The translations under genes and the position numbers were made by a program. A stretch of 32,799 nt of DNA from Alphaproteobacteria bacterium. Its GTDB lineage: Bacteria > Pseudomonadota > Alphaproteobacteria > Rhizobiales > Xanthobacteraceae. The first letter of the stretch is position 1; every line of letters starts with the position of its first letter. The notes under the pieces were generated by a model. That model was not told the DNA's origin and made no database searches. It was given only the letters and a program-made list of their open reading frames with translations. The stretch is from positions 1 through 32,799 of the forward strand of contig VAZL01000070.1 of the NCBI GenBank assembly GCA_005883445.1, in the 5' to 3' direction. Positions 10,191-19,244 of this stretch are shown here, piece after piece.

Positions 10191-10242
10191 TGCCCGCCGA
10201 TCGTGGTGCCAGCAAGGCGGCGGGCCTCCACAGGGCAGTCGT

Positions 10243-10993
10243 TCAGTGCTCCGATGCGGGACGATTGACCACAGTTTTCCCTGGCCACTTGCAGAGGTCG
10301 GCAATCAGGCACCTCTCGCACAGGGGTCGACGCGCCAGGCAGACGTAGCGCCCGTGTAGAATCAGCCAGTGGTGGGCATGGTGCTTGTATTTCGCCGGCA
10401 CCACGCGGTCGAGCTTGAGCTCGACCTCGAGGGGCGTCTTGCCGGTTGCCATGCCGGTGCGATTGCCGACGCGGAAGATGTGGGTGTCAACCGCGATGGT
10501 GGCCTCGCCGAAAGCGACGTTGAGCACGACATTTGCGGTCTTACGGCCCACCCCGGGCAGCGCCTCCAACGCCTCACGCGTGCGGGGGACCTCGCCGCCG
10601 TGTTCGTCTGCGATTTTCCTCGACAACGCGATGAGATTCTTCGCCTTGGTGCGGAAGAGGCCGATGGTCTTGATCAACCCCTGCACCCGCTCCTCGCCGA
10701 GTGTGGCCATCCTTTCCGGCGTGTCGGCGGCGGCGAACAGCGCGGGCGTCGCCTTGTTGACGCCGGCGTCGGTCGCCTGCGCCGAAAGCACCACCGCGAC
10801 GAGCAGCGTGAACGGGCTGATGTGCGTGCGGCAGCGCGCCGGCGGCGGCCACGTGGTCGGCGGCCGAACGCTTGGCCGCAGTTTTGACTTTAGCCGCCTT
10901 GCGCGCGCGAGACCGACGCAGGCTCTGCGCGGTTCTCCGAGGCGCTTTGCGGGCGGTTCTGCGGGCCACCCTGCGAGGTGTCTTGCGAGCCAT
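10243..10993 (-). CDS. nth: Endonuclease III (Nth); N-terminal region appears frameshifted or deleted
   Basis: The core ...HISPFTLLVAVVLSAQATDAGVNKAT...LPGVGRKTANVVLNVAFGE..IAVDTHIFRV...HHWLILHGRYVCLARRPLCERCLIADLCKW (HhH-GPD fold plus 4Fe-4S Cys cluster) is in the frame ending at 10243. The typical Lys/Arg/Ala-rich alphaproteobacterial N-terminal tail, MARKTPRRVARRTARKAPRR...AAKVKTAAKRS, starts at ATG 10993 in a different frame. The 751-nt span is not divisible by 3. An in-frame alternative start is ATG 11016. Confidence 0.6.
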
Positions 10994-11014
10994 AGTTTCG
11001 GTATAGTGAGCTCC

Positions 11015-11527
11015 ATGGCACCCGACAACGACCCCACCCAAGAACCCGCGATCTTTTCGGCCGTGCTCACCCCGCACCGCTCGCTCAGCCGCAAAGGCTT
11101 TCTGGCGTTGATGCTGGTAGCGGGCGGAGCGAGCCTCGCGATGGGAACGACATTTCTCCTCGTCGGCGCCTGGCCGGTGTTCGGCTTCTGCGGGCTCGAC
11201 GTGCTGCTGCTCTATTGGGCGTTCAAGGTGAGCTACCGCCGCGCCAAAGCCTACGAGCAGGTCACCGTCACGTCCTCCGAGCTCACCGTGCGTCAGGTCA
11301 GCCACCGCGGACGGATCAGCGAATGGACGCTCAATCCGCTCTGGGTTCGGCTCGACCGCGTCGTGCATGCCGAGTTCGGCATCGAGCGGCTGTTTTTGGT
11401 TTCGCGCGGGCGGCGACTCGCGATCGCGGGGTGCCTCGGACCGCAGGAGAAGGAAAGCTTCGCGCTCGCGCTGTCGGCGGCGCTGGGCGAGGCCAAGCGT
11501 GGACCAACGCGCACCGTGTTCGACTAG
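11015..11527 (+). CDS. DUF2244-like integral membrane protein
   Basis: 170 aa from ATG 11015: ...LTPHRSLSRKGFLALMLVAGGASLAMGTTFLLVGAWPVFGFCGLDVLLLYWAFKVSYRRAKAYEQV.... Two TM helices followed by a soluble domain, matching my recollection of COG5488/DUF2244. Confidence 0.65.
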   Translation: MAPDNDPTQEPAIFSAVLTPHRSLSRKGFLALMLVAGGASLAMGTTFLLVGAWPVFGFCGLDVLLLYWAFKVSYRRAKAYEQVTVTSSELTVRQVSHRGRISEWTLNPLWVRLDRVVHAEFGIERLFLVSRGRRLAIAGCLGPQEKESFALALSAALGEAKRGPTRTVFD

Positions 11528-11590
11528 GGGTTTGGCGCGCAGAAACCGGGTGGCCGGGCCATCGACCGCGGCCTAGGGAGGCAGCCAGCG

Positions 11591-12484
11591 ATGGAGGCCA
11601 CCATGCTCTCTCCCGATCGTGTTTGCGACCACGAGCCGCTCAGCCATGCCGCCGCAGACTACGCCGTCGTGCGCCGGGCCATCGCGTTCCTCTCCGAGCA
11701 CTGGCGCGCGCAGCCCGAGATCGATGCCGTCGCGGCGGCGGCCGGGGTGAGCGCCAGCGACCTGCATCGTCTGTTCCGCCGCTGGGCGGGCATCACGCCC
11801 AAGGCCTTCCTGCAAGCACTCACGCTCGACCACGCGCGCAGACTGCTGCGGGATTCCGCCAGCGTGCTCGACACCACGTTCGAGGTCGGCCTGTCCGGGC
11901 CGGGCCGGCTGCACGATCTGTTCGTCACTCACGAAGCGATGTCGCCCGGCGAATGGAAATCGGGCGGGAGTGGGCTGACGATGGCTTACGGCTTTCATCC
12001 TTCCCCGTTCGGTACCGCGCTGGTGATGACGACCCAGCGCGGGCTTGCCGGGCTCGCGTTCGCCGATCCCGGCGAGGAGCAGGCCACGCTCGCCGACATG
12101 AAAGCCCGCTGGCCAATGGCGAACATCGTCGAAGACCGCGCACGAACGGCGTCGCTCGCACGCCGCATCTTCGATAGCAGGCTGTGGCGGGCGGACCGGC
12201 CGCTGCGGGTGGTGCTCATCGGGACCGACTTCGAGGTGCGGGTGTGGGAGACGTTGCTCCGGATTCCCATGGGCCGGGCGGTGACCTATTCCGGCATCGC
12301 GGCAAAGATCGGCGCGACCAAAGCTGCGCGCGCCGTAGGCGCCGCGGTCGGCAAGAATCCGGTCTCGTTCGTGGTGCCGTGCCATCGCGTGTTGGGCAAG
12401 AGCGGCGACGTCACCGGTTATTACTGGGGCCTCACGCGCAAACGCGCGATGCTGGGCTGGGAAGCGGCAAAAGTGACAAGCTGA
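11591..12484 (+). CDS. Bifunctional AraC-type HTH regulator / methylated-DNA--protein-cysteine S-methyltransferase (Ada/Ogt-like)
   Basis: 297 aa. The N-terminal AraC-type HTH (...AAAAGVSASDLHRLFRRWAGITPKAFLQALTLDHARRLL...) is fused to a C-terminal alkyltransferase domain with the active site VVPCHRVLG. GGGAGG at 11575-11580 lies upstream. Confidence 0.85.
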   Translation: MEATMLSPDRVCDHEPLSHAAADYAVVRRAIAFLSEHWRAQPEIDAVAAAAGVSASDLHRLFRRWAGITPKAFLQALTLDHARRLLRDSASVLDTTFEVGLSGPGRLHDLFVTHEAMSPGEWKSGGSGLTMAYGFHPSPFGTALVMTTQRGLAGLAFADPGEEQATLADMKARWPMANIVEDRARTASLARRIFDSRLWRADRPLRVVLIGTDFEVRVWETLLRIPMGRAVTYSGIAAKIGATKAARAVGAAVGKNPVSFVVPCHRVLGKSGDVTGYYWGLTRKRAMLGWEAAKVTS

Positions 12485-12524
12485 ATTGAAGGCGCCGCAG
12501 CAGCAGCAAGGCCGGGGCTGTCGC

Positions 12525-13583
12525 CTAGCGCCGGGCTTGCGCGACGTTCAGCGCCGGCGTGGCCGCGCGCGCAAAGTCGCCCTTGCGATAGGCCGCAAGC
12601 GTGTCCGCGTTCTGCTGATCCATGAAGTCGGCAAGCTTGGCATAGGTGACGCAGCGTACTTCCGGCAGGCCGCAGACCGCACGCGCGAAGGCTTTGAGCG
12701 CTTCGTTATAGGCGCCGCCCGCATAGTTCATGAAATGATGCCCGATGTGCAGCGGCGCGCGGTTTCCCGCGTAATTGGTCTTGAAGTAGTGAAGATAGGT
12801 TTGCAGCGTCTGTTCGCGCATGGTCTCGTAGCGGCGCGGATCAAACACGGCGCGGGATTGTGCGAAGAAGAAATTGTAATCCATCGACAGCGCGCCCTTG
12901 CCGGAACCTTGAATCTTCAACATGGCCAAATTGAACCGCCACACTCCGTCGATCTTCTCCGGCCAGGCATTGGCAAAGCTGGCTCCGCTGGTGTCGTAGC
13001 GGAAGCCATGCGCCCTCAGGACCCCATAGAGGCCAGCGCCCTTGGCCAGATAAGGCGCGCGGAAACCGACCACGTCCGTGGCCGCAAACGCGAACTTCGA
13101 GTCGGCGATTCCGTTGTTCGGCCCCACATTCTTCAAGACGTCGTTGAACGCACGAAATTCCTTCTCCCAATCGCCGACCGACCACGCCGCACCGTTGAAA
13201 TGGCCGACCGCGTGCGAGGCGATCTCGTGGCCGCTGCGGTAAAGAGCGTTCACGTATTCGACGCGTCTGCGAACTTGCTCGGACGAGCCGCCAAAGCTGA
13301 TGCGGGAATAGCCCCGCCGCTGGTGCGGACCTTCATAGATGCTCCGCCTGCCGTCGGCGATGAAATTGCTCCCGCTGACGAAGAAGGTGAAGTGAACTCG
13401 GTCGCCGTCCCTGTTCAGCTCGGTAGCGAAATCGGTGAGCTCCTGCCAACGCTCGAGCTCGGTGCAATTGTCGAACGCCATGACAATGAATTGCGGCGGG
13501 CGATCGACGCCGGCCCGCGACGGCGTACCGGCGCCAAACGTAACGAGCGTCGCCACTGCGGCGACGAGTCTTCCGGCAGTCAA
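12525..13583 (-). CDS. Polysaccharide deacetylase (CE4/NodB-like) family protein, probably exported
   Basis: 352-aa ORF with a TTG start at 13583 (G-run SD). Hydrophobic N-terminus LVAAVATLVTFGAG. NodB-like motifs ...VMAFDNC... and ...SGHEIASHAVGH.... Confidence 0.7.
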   Translation of the reverse strand: MTAGRLVAAVATLVTFGAGTPSRAGVDRPPQFIVMAFDNCTELERWQELTDFATELNRDGDRVHFTFFVSGSNFIADGRRSIYEGPHQRRGYSRISFGGSSEQVRRRVEYVNALYRSGHEIASHAVGHFNGAAWSVGDWEKEFRAFNDVLKNVGPNNGIADSKFAFAATDVVGFRAPYLAKGAGLYGVLRAHGFRYDTSGASFANAWPEKIDGVWRFNLAMLKIQGSGKGALSMDYNFFFAQSRAVFDPRRYETMREQTLQTYLHYFKTNYAGNRAPLHIGHHFMNYAGGAYNEALKAFARAVCGLPEVRCVTYAKLADFMDQQNADTLAAYRKGDFARAATPALNVAQARR

Positions 13584-13603
13584 TTCAGCCCCCCGACCGA
13601 AAG

Positions 13604-13622
13604 TGACAGCGATTCGCTGTCA
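13604..13622. promoter_or_regulatory. Perfect 9-1-9 inverted repeat TGACAGCGA-T-TCGCTGTCA, 21 nt upstream of the deacetylase start; candidate operator or 5'-UTR hairpin
   Basis: Read directly from the sequence. It lies in the 265-bp divergent spacer between the deacetylase gene and gpmI. Confidence 0.35.
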
Positions 13623-13848
13623 GTCTATCCGATCACCAGAGCGAATTGACTGCGGGCCAGCGGATTAATCATCGCGCGGAGCAGAAATCGCGCCGGTGTG
13701 ACCCGAAAAGCACGCTTTCACATCGCCGCTCTGTGCGGTGAGCGGCCGCGCTGGTTGACGATGATGCCGCAATCCCACACAACCTTCGAAGCGCCGTCGC
13801 TGCGGGCGAATGCAAGTGAGCAACGCCGGCGAGTTAGGGAACGTGGAG

Positions 13849-15420
13849 ATGCAGAAGCGCCGTCCGGTGATGCTGGCCGTACTTGACGGCTGGGGCTGGC
13901 GCGAGGAGGCGGCCGACAACGCCATCCGGCAGGCTCGGATTCCGAGCTTCGACCGCTTGTGGGCGACCTGCCCCCACGCCTTCTTGCATACGTCGGGCGA
14001 AGACGTCGGCCTGCCATCGGGGCAGATGGGCAATTCCGAGGTCGGACATCTCAACATCGGCGCCGGCCGTCTCGTGCTGCAGGATTTGCCCCGCATCAAC
14101 GCGGCGATCGCCGGCGGCGATATCGAAAGGGCGCCAGCACTCAAGCGCCTGATCGAACGCCTGCGGCAGACCGGCGGCAGCTGCCACGTCATGGGCTTGG
14201 TGTCGCCGGGCGGTGTGCATTCGCATCAGGATCATGCCGCGGTGCTCGCGGGCATTCTCGCCGCGGCCTCCGTGCCGACGTTCGTCCATGCCTTTACCGA
14301 CGGTCGCGACACGCCGCCGCGATCGGCGGGGGAGGACATTGTTCGCCTCCTCGCGGCGCTGCCGCGATCCGTTCCGATCGCGACGGTCAGCGGTCGGTAT
14401 TACGCCATGGATCGCGACAAGCGCTGGGACCGCGTCGCCAAGGCCTACCACGCGATCGTCGACGCCGAGGGGCCGCACTTTGCGGATGCTCGCGCGGTGA
14501 TTGCGGATGCCTACGCGCATGAGATCAGCGACGAATTCGTCGTGCCGGCGGTGATCGGCGACTATCGCGGCATGCGCGACGGCGACGGCGTGCTTTGCTT
14601 CAACTTCCGCGCCGACCGCGTGCGCGAGATTCTTACCGCCCTCCTCGATCCGGCCTTTGCCGGCTTTGCGCGCCGGCGCACCGTCCGCATCGCCGTCGCG
14701 GTCGGCATGACACAATACAGCGAACAGCTGGACGCGTTTTTGGAAACGATCTTCCCCCCGCAGACTCTAGCGAATGTTCTCGGCCAGGTGGTCGCCGATG
14801 CGGGCCGCAGCCAACTGCGAATGGCCGAGACGGAGAAGTATGCGCACGTCACCTATTTCCTCAATGGCGGCGAGGAGAAGCCTTATCGCGGCGAGGATCG
14901 CATCATGGTTCCCTCGCCGAAGGTTGCGACCTACGACCTCAAGCCCGAGATGTCGGCGCCGCAATTGACGGACAAGGCGGTGGAGGCGATCAACTCGCAC
15001 CAATACGACCTGATCGTGTTGAATTACGCCAATCCCGACATGGTCGGGCACACCGGCAGCTTGCCGGCTGCGATCAAGGCGGTCGAGGCGGTCGATACCG
15101 GGTTGGGGCGCATCGCGGAGGCGATCGCAAAGGCCGGCGGCGCTTTGCTGGTCACCGCCGACCACGGCAATTGCGAACTGATGCGCGACCCCGACACTGG
15201 CGGGCCGCACACCTCCCACACCACCAATCCGGTACCGGTCCTGCTGCTGGGCGGCGGCAACGTTTCCCTGGCGTCAGGACGGCTCGCGGATGTAGCGCCC
15301 ACTTTGCTCGAGCTGATGGGCCTTCCCCAGCCGGGCGAGATGACCGGTCGATCCCTGCTGCACGGGATCCACGCTCGCGGTCAGGCCTCCCTGAGGCCGA
15401 GCACGTCGGCCATCGAATAG
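13849..15420 (+). CDS. gpmI: 2,3-bisphosphoglycerate-independent phosphoglycerate mutase
   Basis: [20 protein letters not shown]...[17 protein letters not shown]...GGVHSHQDH...FTDGRDTPP...[14 protein letters not shown]...[15 protein letters not shown]...[12 protein letters not shown]...TADHGNCE... is colinear with E. coli GpmM. ATG 13849 is preceded by GTGGAG. Confidence 0.9.
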   Translation: MQKRRPVMLAVLDGWGWREEAADNAIRQARIPSFDRLWATCPHAFLHTSGEDVGLPSGQMGNSEVGHLNIGAGRLVLQDLPRINAAIAGGDIERAPALKRLIERLRQTGGSCHVMGLVSPGGVHSHQDHAAVLAGILAAASVPTFVHAFTDGRDTPPRSAGEDIVRLLAALPRSVPIATVSGRYYAMDRDKRWDRVAKAYHAIVDAEGPHFADARAVIADAYAHEISDEFVVPAVIGDYRGMRDGDGVLCFNFRADRVREILTALLDPAFAGFARRRTVRIAVAVGMTQYSEQLDAFLETIFPPQTLANVLGQVVADAGRSQLRMAETEKYAHVTYFLNGGEEKPYRGEDRIMVPSPKVATYDLKPEMSAPQLTDKAVEAINSHQYDLIVLNYANPDMVGHTGSLPAAIKAVEAVDTGLGRIAEAIAKAGGALLVTADHGNCELMRDPDTGGPHTSHTTNPVPVLLLGGGNVSLASGRLADVAPTLLELMGLPQPGEMTGRSLLHGIHARGQASLRPSTSAIE

Positions 15421-16196
15421 AGCCCCGCCTTGCGCCCGCGCGCCCAGAGCGCGGCGCGCAGCGCGCCGCGGGCGAAGATCATGCGATCTTCGGCCTTGTG
15501 CACGAGCTCGATGCGCTCGGCCGGCCCGGCAAAGATCACGGTGTGATCGCCCACGACCGAGCCGCCGCGCAGCGCGGCAAAGCCGATATCGCCGGCGCCG
15601 CGTGCGCCGGTTACGCCGTCGCGGCCGCGCACCGAGCGCTGGTCGAGGTCGACGCTGCGACCTGCGGCCGCCGCGCGGCCCAGCATCAGCGCCGTGCCCG
15701 AAGGCGCGTCGATCTTTTTGTTGTGGTGCATTTCGAGGATTTCGATGTCGAAGTCCTCGTCAAGCGTCTTCGCCACCTGCTTGACCAGCGCCGCCAGCAG
15801 GTTGACCCCCATACTCATGTTGCCGGATTTGACGATCACGGCGCGCTTTGACGCCTGCTCGATCAGCTTTTCATTCTCGCCCGTGAGCCCAGTGGTACCG
15901 ATGATGTGGACGCAGCCCTTGCGTGCCGTATGCTCGGCGAACGCAAGGGTGGCGGCGGGGACGGTGAAGTCGAGGAGCCCATCCGCCTGGGCGAGCAGCG
16001 GCTCGATGTCGGTGGTGACCGCCACGCCGTTCCTGCCCAGCCCGGCGAGCTCGCCCGCGTCGCGGCCGATGACCGCCGAGGAGGCCGCCTCCACCGCGCC
16101 GGCCAGGATTGCTCCGTCCGTGGCCGCAATAGCATGGACGAGCGTGCGTCCCATGCGTCCGCCGGCCCCAGCCACGATCAGCCGCATGTCGGACAT
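15381..16196 (-). CDS. dapB: 4-hydroxy-tetrahydrodipicolinate reductase
   Basis: 271 aa. [14 protein letters not shown]...VHIIGTTGL...[11 protein letters not shown]...[21 protein letters not shown]...[27 protein letters not shown]. Confidence 0.95.
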   Translation of the reverse strand: MSDMRLIVAGAGGRMGRTLVHAIAATDGAILAGAVEAASSAVIGRDAGELAGLGRNGVAVTTDIEPLLAQADGLLDFTVPAATLAFAEHTARKGCVHIIGTTGLTGENEKLIEQASKRAVIVKSGNMSMGVNLLAALVKQVAKTLDEDFDIEILEMHHNKKIDAPSGTALMLGRAAAAGRSVDLDQRSVRGRDGVTGARGAGDIGFAALRGGSVVGDHTVIFAGPAERIELVHKAEDRMIFARGALRAALWARGRKAGLYSMADVLGLREA

Positions 16197-16318
16197 GGCG
16201 TCTCTCCGGCCAATTCGGCCTGCGGGTATAGCGAGGTGGGGATGCGAAGGAAAGTAACGCGCCTTACCACCGCTTCCGCTTCCTCTCGAGCTCGGGCTCG
16301 GCCGCGGCGCCTTGCGCG

Positions 16319-16948
16319 CTAAGATTGCGCGTCACAGCCCTCGATGATGAAGAGATCGAACTCGGCTTTGCCTTTGCGCAGCGCGGCCGCCGCTTGGTAC
16401 TCCGGCGAGCGGTAGCAATCGAGCGCGACCCGATAGCTCGGAAATTCGAGCACGACGGTGCGCCCACGCACCTTGCCCTCCACCACCTCGCGCTGGCCGC
16501 CGCGCACCAGGAAGCGCCCGCCATATTTGCCGAACGCCGCCATGTCGGCGGCCATGTAGGCCTTGTAGCCCTCGGGTTCGGTAACATCGACGTGGGCGAT
16601 CCAGTAGCCTTTGCGGGGCGCGGCCGCCGGCTGCGACGCCGGCCGGTCCGGCTGCACGCCGTCGTAGCCCTCGATGATCACGAAATCGCAAACCGAATGG
16701 GGAAGGCGCAGCGGCTTCGCGCGCTGGTATTCCGCAGAGCGGTAACAGGCGAGCGCGGTGGCGTAGTCCGGAAATTCGCGCAGTACGTTGCGCGAGCGGC
16801 TCCTGCCTTCCACCACTTGCTGCGCACCGCCCCGCACCAGCGCGTGGCCGCGGTACTTGTCGTGGGCCGCCGGCGTTGCAGCCATGTAGGCCTTGTATCC
16901 TTCCGGATCGCTCACATCGATATGCGGAATCCAATAACCCTTGGTCAT
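16319..16948 (-). CDS. Tandem (duplicated) DUF1330 domain protein
   Basis: 209 aa from ATG 16948 (GGGAGG SD). Two homologous halves, [22 protein letters not shown]...VVEG...[21 protein letters not shown]... and [22 protein letters not shown]...VVEG...[21 protein letters not shown]..., are joined by a Pro/Ala linker. Confidence 0.8.
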   Translation of the reverse strand: MTKGYWIPHIDVSDPEGYKAYMAATPAAHDKYRGHALVRGGAQQVVEGRSRSRNVLREFPDYATALACYRSAEYQRAKPLRLPHSVCDFVIIEGYDGVQPDRPASQPAAAPRKGYWIAHVDVTEPEGYKAYMAADMAAFGKYGGRFLVRGGQREVVEGKVRGRTVVLEFPSYRVALDCYRSPEYQAAAALRKGKAEFDLFIIEGCDAQS

Positions 16949-16961
16949 CTCGACCTCCCTG

Positions 16962-17666
16962 TCACGGCGGCGCCGCGCCGGCGATTTCAGCAATGATCGC
17001 GCCGGCGGCAGCCTTCGGATCGGCCGCCGCGAGGATCGGCCGGCCGACCACGAGATGATCGGCGCCGGCGGCGATGGCGGCGGCCGGCGTCATGATGCGC
17101 TTTTGGTCGCCGGCTGCGGCACCCGCCGGGCGGATGCCCGGCGTCACCAGCACCATGTCGGTACCGATGATCGGGCGCAGCAGCGCCGCCTCCTCTCCCG
17201 AGCAGACGAGCCCGTCGATCCCGACGTCGCGCGCCTGCGCCGCGCGTTCGCCGACGAGCTCTGAAACCGTGAAATCATACCCGGCCGCGGCGAGATCGGC
17301 GTCGTCGTAGGAGGTGAGCACGGTGACGGCGAGAAGGCGCAAGGGCGAGCCTTTGCGCGCATCGACCGCGGCATGCATGGTCTGGGGATAGGCGTGCACG
17401 GTAAGAAACGACGCCCCGAGCCGAGCAACGCTTTCGACGCCCCTGGCAACGGTGTTGCCGATGTCGTGCAGCTTGAGGTCGAGGAAGATGCGCTTGCCGG
17501 CGCCGGCGAGCACGCGCGCGAAGTCGATCCCACCCGCAAAGGCAAGCTCATAGCCGATCTTGTAAAACGAGACGGTTTCGCCGAGCCGCGCGACCAGCGC
17601 CTCCGCCTCGGCGACCGACGGCACGTCGAGCGCGACGATCAACCGCTCGCGCGCATCAAGCTTCAT
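16962..17666 (-). CDS. pyrF: Orotidine-5'-phosphate decarboxylase
   Basis: 234 aa. LIVALDV...[10 protein letters not shown]...[13 protein letters not shown]...TVHAYP...VLTS...DGLVCSG...VTPGIRP...DQKRIMTP...[11 protein letters not shown]. Confidence 0.95.
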   Translation of the reverse strand: MKLDARERLIVALDVPSVAEAEALVARLGETVSFYKIGYELAFAGGIDFARVLAGAGKRIFLDLKLHDIGNTVARGVESVARLGASFLTVHAYPQTMHAAVDARKGSPLRLLAVTVLTSYDDADLAAAGYDFTVSELVGERAAQARDVGIDGLVCSGEEAALLRPIIGTDMVLVTPGIRPAGAAAGDQKRIMTPAAAIAAGADHLVVGRPILAAADPKAAAGAIIAEIAGAAPP

Positions 17667-17711
17667 GGCCGACCTCCTCCTCGTGCGTCCCGGACGCGGC
17701 CAACCATCCTC

Positions 17712-18293
17712 TCATGTCAACAGCTTGGCGGTCTCGATGAGCTTGCGCACCACGACCTTGAGCTGGCTCGCGGCGCGCGCATCCTTGAGCTCGTCCATCT
17801 CGTCGAAGGCCTGTTCGGCGTTCGGCACCGTCACCTGCTCCGCGATCACCAGGGCCCGGCAGCCGACCGCCAGCACTTGCCGTAGTGCCAGCAACGAATG
17901 CGTCGCGCCGGAACGGCCGGGCGAGGCGCCGCCCAAGGCGAAGACCCGGTTCTGGTAGGCCGCGAGCGGCGGATCGCCGCGCTCGCGCACCGCCGAGATC
18001 CAATCGATCGTGTTCTTGATCAGCGGCGTAATCGAGGCGTTGTACTCCGGACTGGCGATGAACACGCCCTGATGCGCGGACATCAATTGCTTGAGCTTGA
18101 GCGCATTGGGCGGCGGGCCGGCGGTCTCGGCGCTGTCGGCATCGTAGATCGGCAGCGGATAGTCCAAGAGCGAAATGCGGGTGACGTCGGCGTCCGCCAG
18201 CATCAATTCCTTGGTCGCGAGCGCAGCCAGCCGCACATTGTACGATTTTGCCCGCAGCGAGCCGGGAATGACCAGGATTTTCGGGGCGGCCAT
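17712..18293 (-). CDS. NAD(P)H-dependent FMN reductase family oxidoreductase
   Basis: 193 aa. KILVIPGSLRAKSYNVRLA...FIASPEYNASITPLIKNTIDWIS... is the flavodoxin-like FMN_red pattern. Confidence 0.85.
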   Translation of the reverse strand: MAAPKILVIPGSLRAKSYNVRLAALATKELMLADADVTRISLLDYPLPIYDADSAETAGPPPNALKLKQLMSAHQGVFIASPEYNASITPLIKNTIDWISAVRERGDPPLAAYQNRVFALGGASPGRSGATHSLLALRQVLAVGCRALVIAEQVTVPNAEQAFDEMDELKDARAASQLKVVVRKLIETAKLLT

Positions 18294-18352
18294 GACAGAC
18301 GACGGACGGTGGCTTCAGACGACATGATACGCACATGTCCCATCGTCTGTCG

Positions 18353-19159
18353 TCAGTCCCTCCGATACACCCATACCCGCGCGGGCGGAATATTCATCCA
18401 CACCCGCTCGGACGCTTGCGCACTCACGCGATCGAGCCGTTTCGGGATCGGCGCAACCGCGTTGTAGGTGAACTGCACGAAGGGCGCGCCCGGCGACATC
18501 AGGCCGAAGGCTTCGAACAACAGCCGCAGGCGCATGTGCAGTGGCTTGGTGAAGAGCGGCAAGCCCGATACCACCCCGGCGGCCGGTTGTTGCAAGACCC
18601 CGCTCAGCAGACGCTTAAGGCCATAGGCGTCGCCCTGGACCACGGTCGCGGCCGGATAGCGCGCGCGCAACAAGCGGCAGAAGATCGGATCGAACTCGAC
18701 CAGCATGAGGCGCGACGGGTCGATGCCTTGCGCGAGCAGCGCCTCGGTGACCGGCCCGGTGCCGGGGCCAAGCTCGATGACCGGCCCCGGCCGGCGCGGA
18801 TCGATATAGGAGGCCATGGTGCGCGCGAGCGCGCGGCCCGACGGGGTTACGGCGCCGGTCGTGAGCGGCTTCTCGATCCAGGAGCGGATGAAGCGCACTT
18901 CGTCATCGAGACGAATGCCGTTCTTCTGCTCGAAGCGGCGGATGCGCGTCTCGATCTTCTTTTTTTGCGTGTCGAACTTCTGCTCGAACTTTTTTTTGTG
19001 CGTCTCGAACTGATGTTCGATCTTTTTTTCGAGCGCGCCCTTGCGCTGCTCGAACAGCTGGATGTGCTGCTCGATCGTTCTTTCGAGCGCGCCCCTTCTC
19101 AATTCAAAGAGGCGCTTCTGTTGTTCAAGTTTCTGCTCGAGCAGGGCTGGGAGCGGCAT
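18353..19159 (-). CDS. pmtA: Phospholipid N-methyltransferase (PmtA-like, class I SAM MTase) with an approx. 85-aa repeat-rich charged N-terminal extension
   Basis: The C-terminal approx. 185 aa (DDEVRFIRSWIEKPLTTGAVTPSGRALARTMASYIDP...VIELGPGTGPVTEALL...VVQGDAY...VSGLPL...FVQFTY...ERVWMNIPPARVWVYRR) match rhizobial PmtA. Its position directly downstream of dnaKJ is the same as pmtA in Bradyrhizobium japonicum. The start is uncertain: ATG 19159, TTG 19219, or an internal GTG just before RFIRSW. Confidence 0.7.
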   Translation of the reverse strand: MPLPALLEQKLEQQKRLFELRRGALERTIEQHIQLFEQRKGALEKKIEHQFETHKKKFEQKFDTQKKKIETRIRRFEQKNGIRLDDEVRFIRSWIEKPLTTGAVTPSGRALARTMASYIDPRRPGPVIELGPGTGPVTEALLAQGIDPSRLMLVEFDPIFCRLLRARYPAATVVQGDAYGLKRLLSGVLQQPAAGVVSGLPLFTKPLHMRLRLLFEAFGLMSPGAPFVQFTYNAVAPIPKRLDRVSAQASERVWMNIPPARVWVYRRD

Positions 19160-19244
19160 TTTGGGGCTAACGCTACGGAATAACTGCCGAATTGACCCTC
19201 CAACCCGTAAAGGGCGCAAGTGCGGGGGTCAAGCGGCAATTTCC

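Noticed and set aside
12486-13649. 387-aa plus-strand ORF; also 8931..10103 (+), 2794..3825 (-) and 30717..31727 (-)
   Set aside because: All are antisense to ORFs with clear homology or coding-like features (deacetylase, DUF4403-like, pheS, rsmI). They are shadow ORFs.
15381-15420. 40-nt convergent overlap of the gpmI and dapB 3' ends
   Set aside because: It is probably just a late stop codon in gpmI (the tail [19 protein letters not shown] is not conserved). Convergent overlaps are common in compact high-GC genomes and are not evidence of anything unusual.
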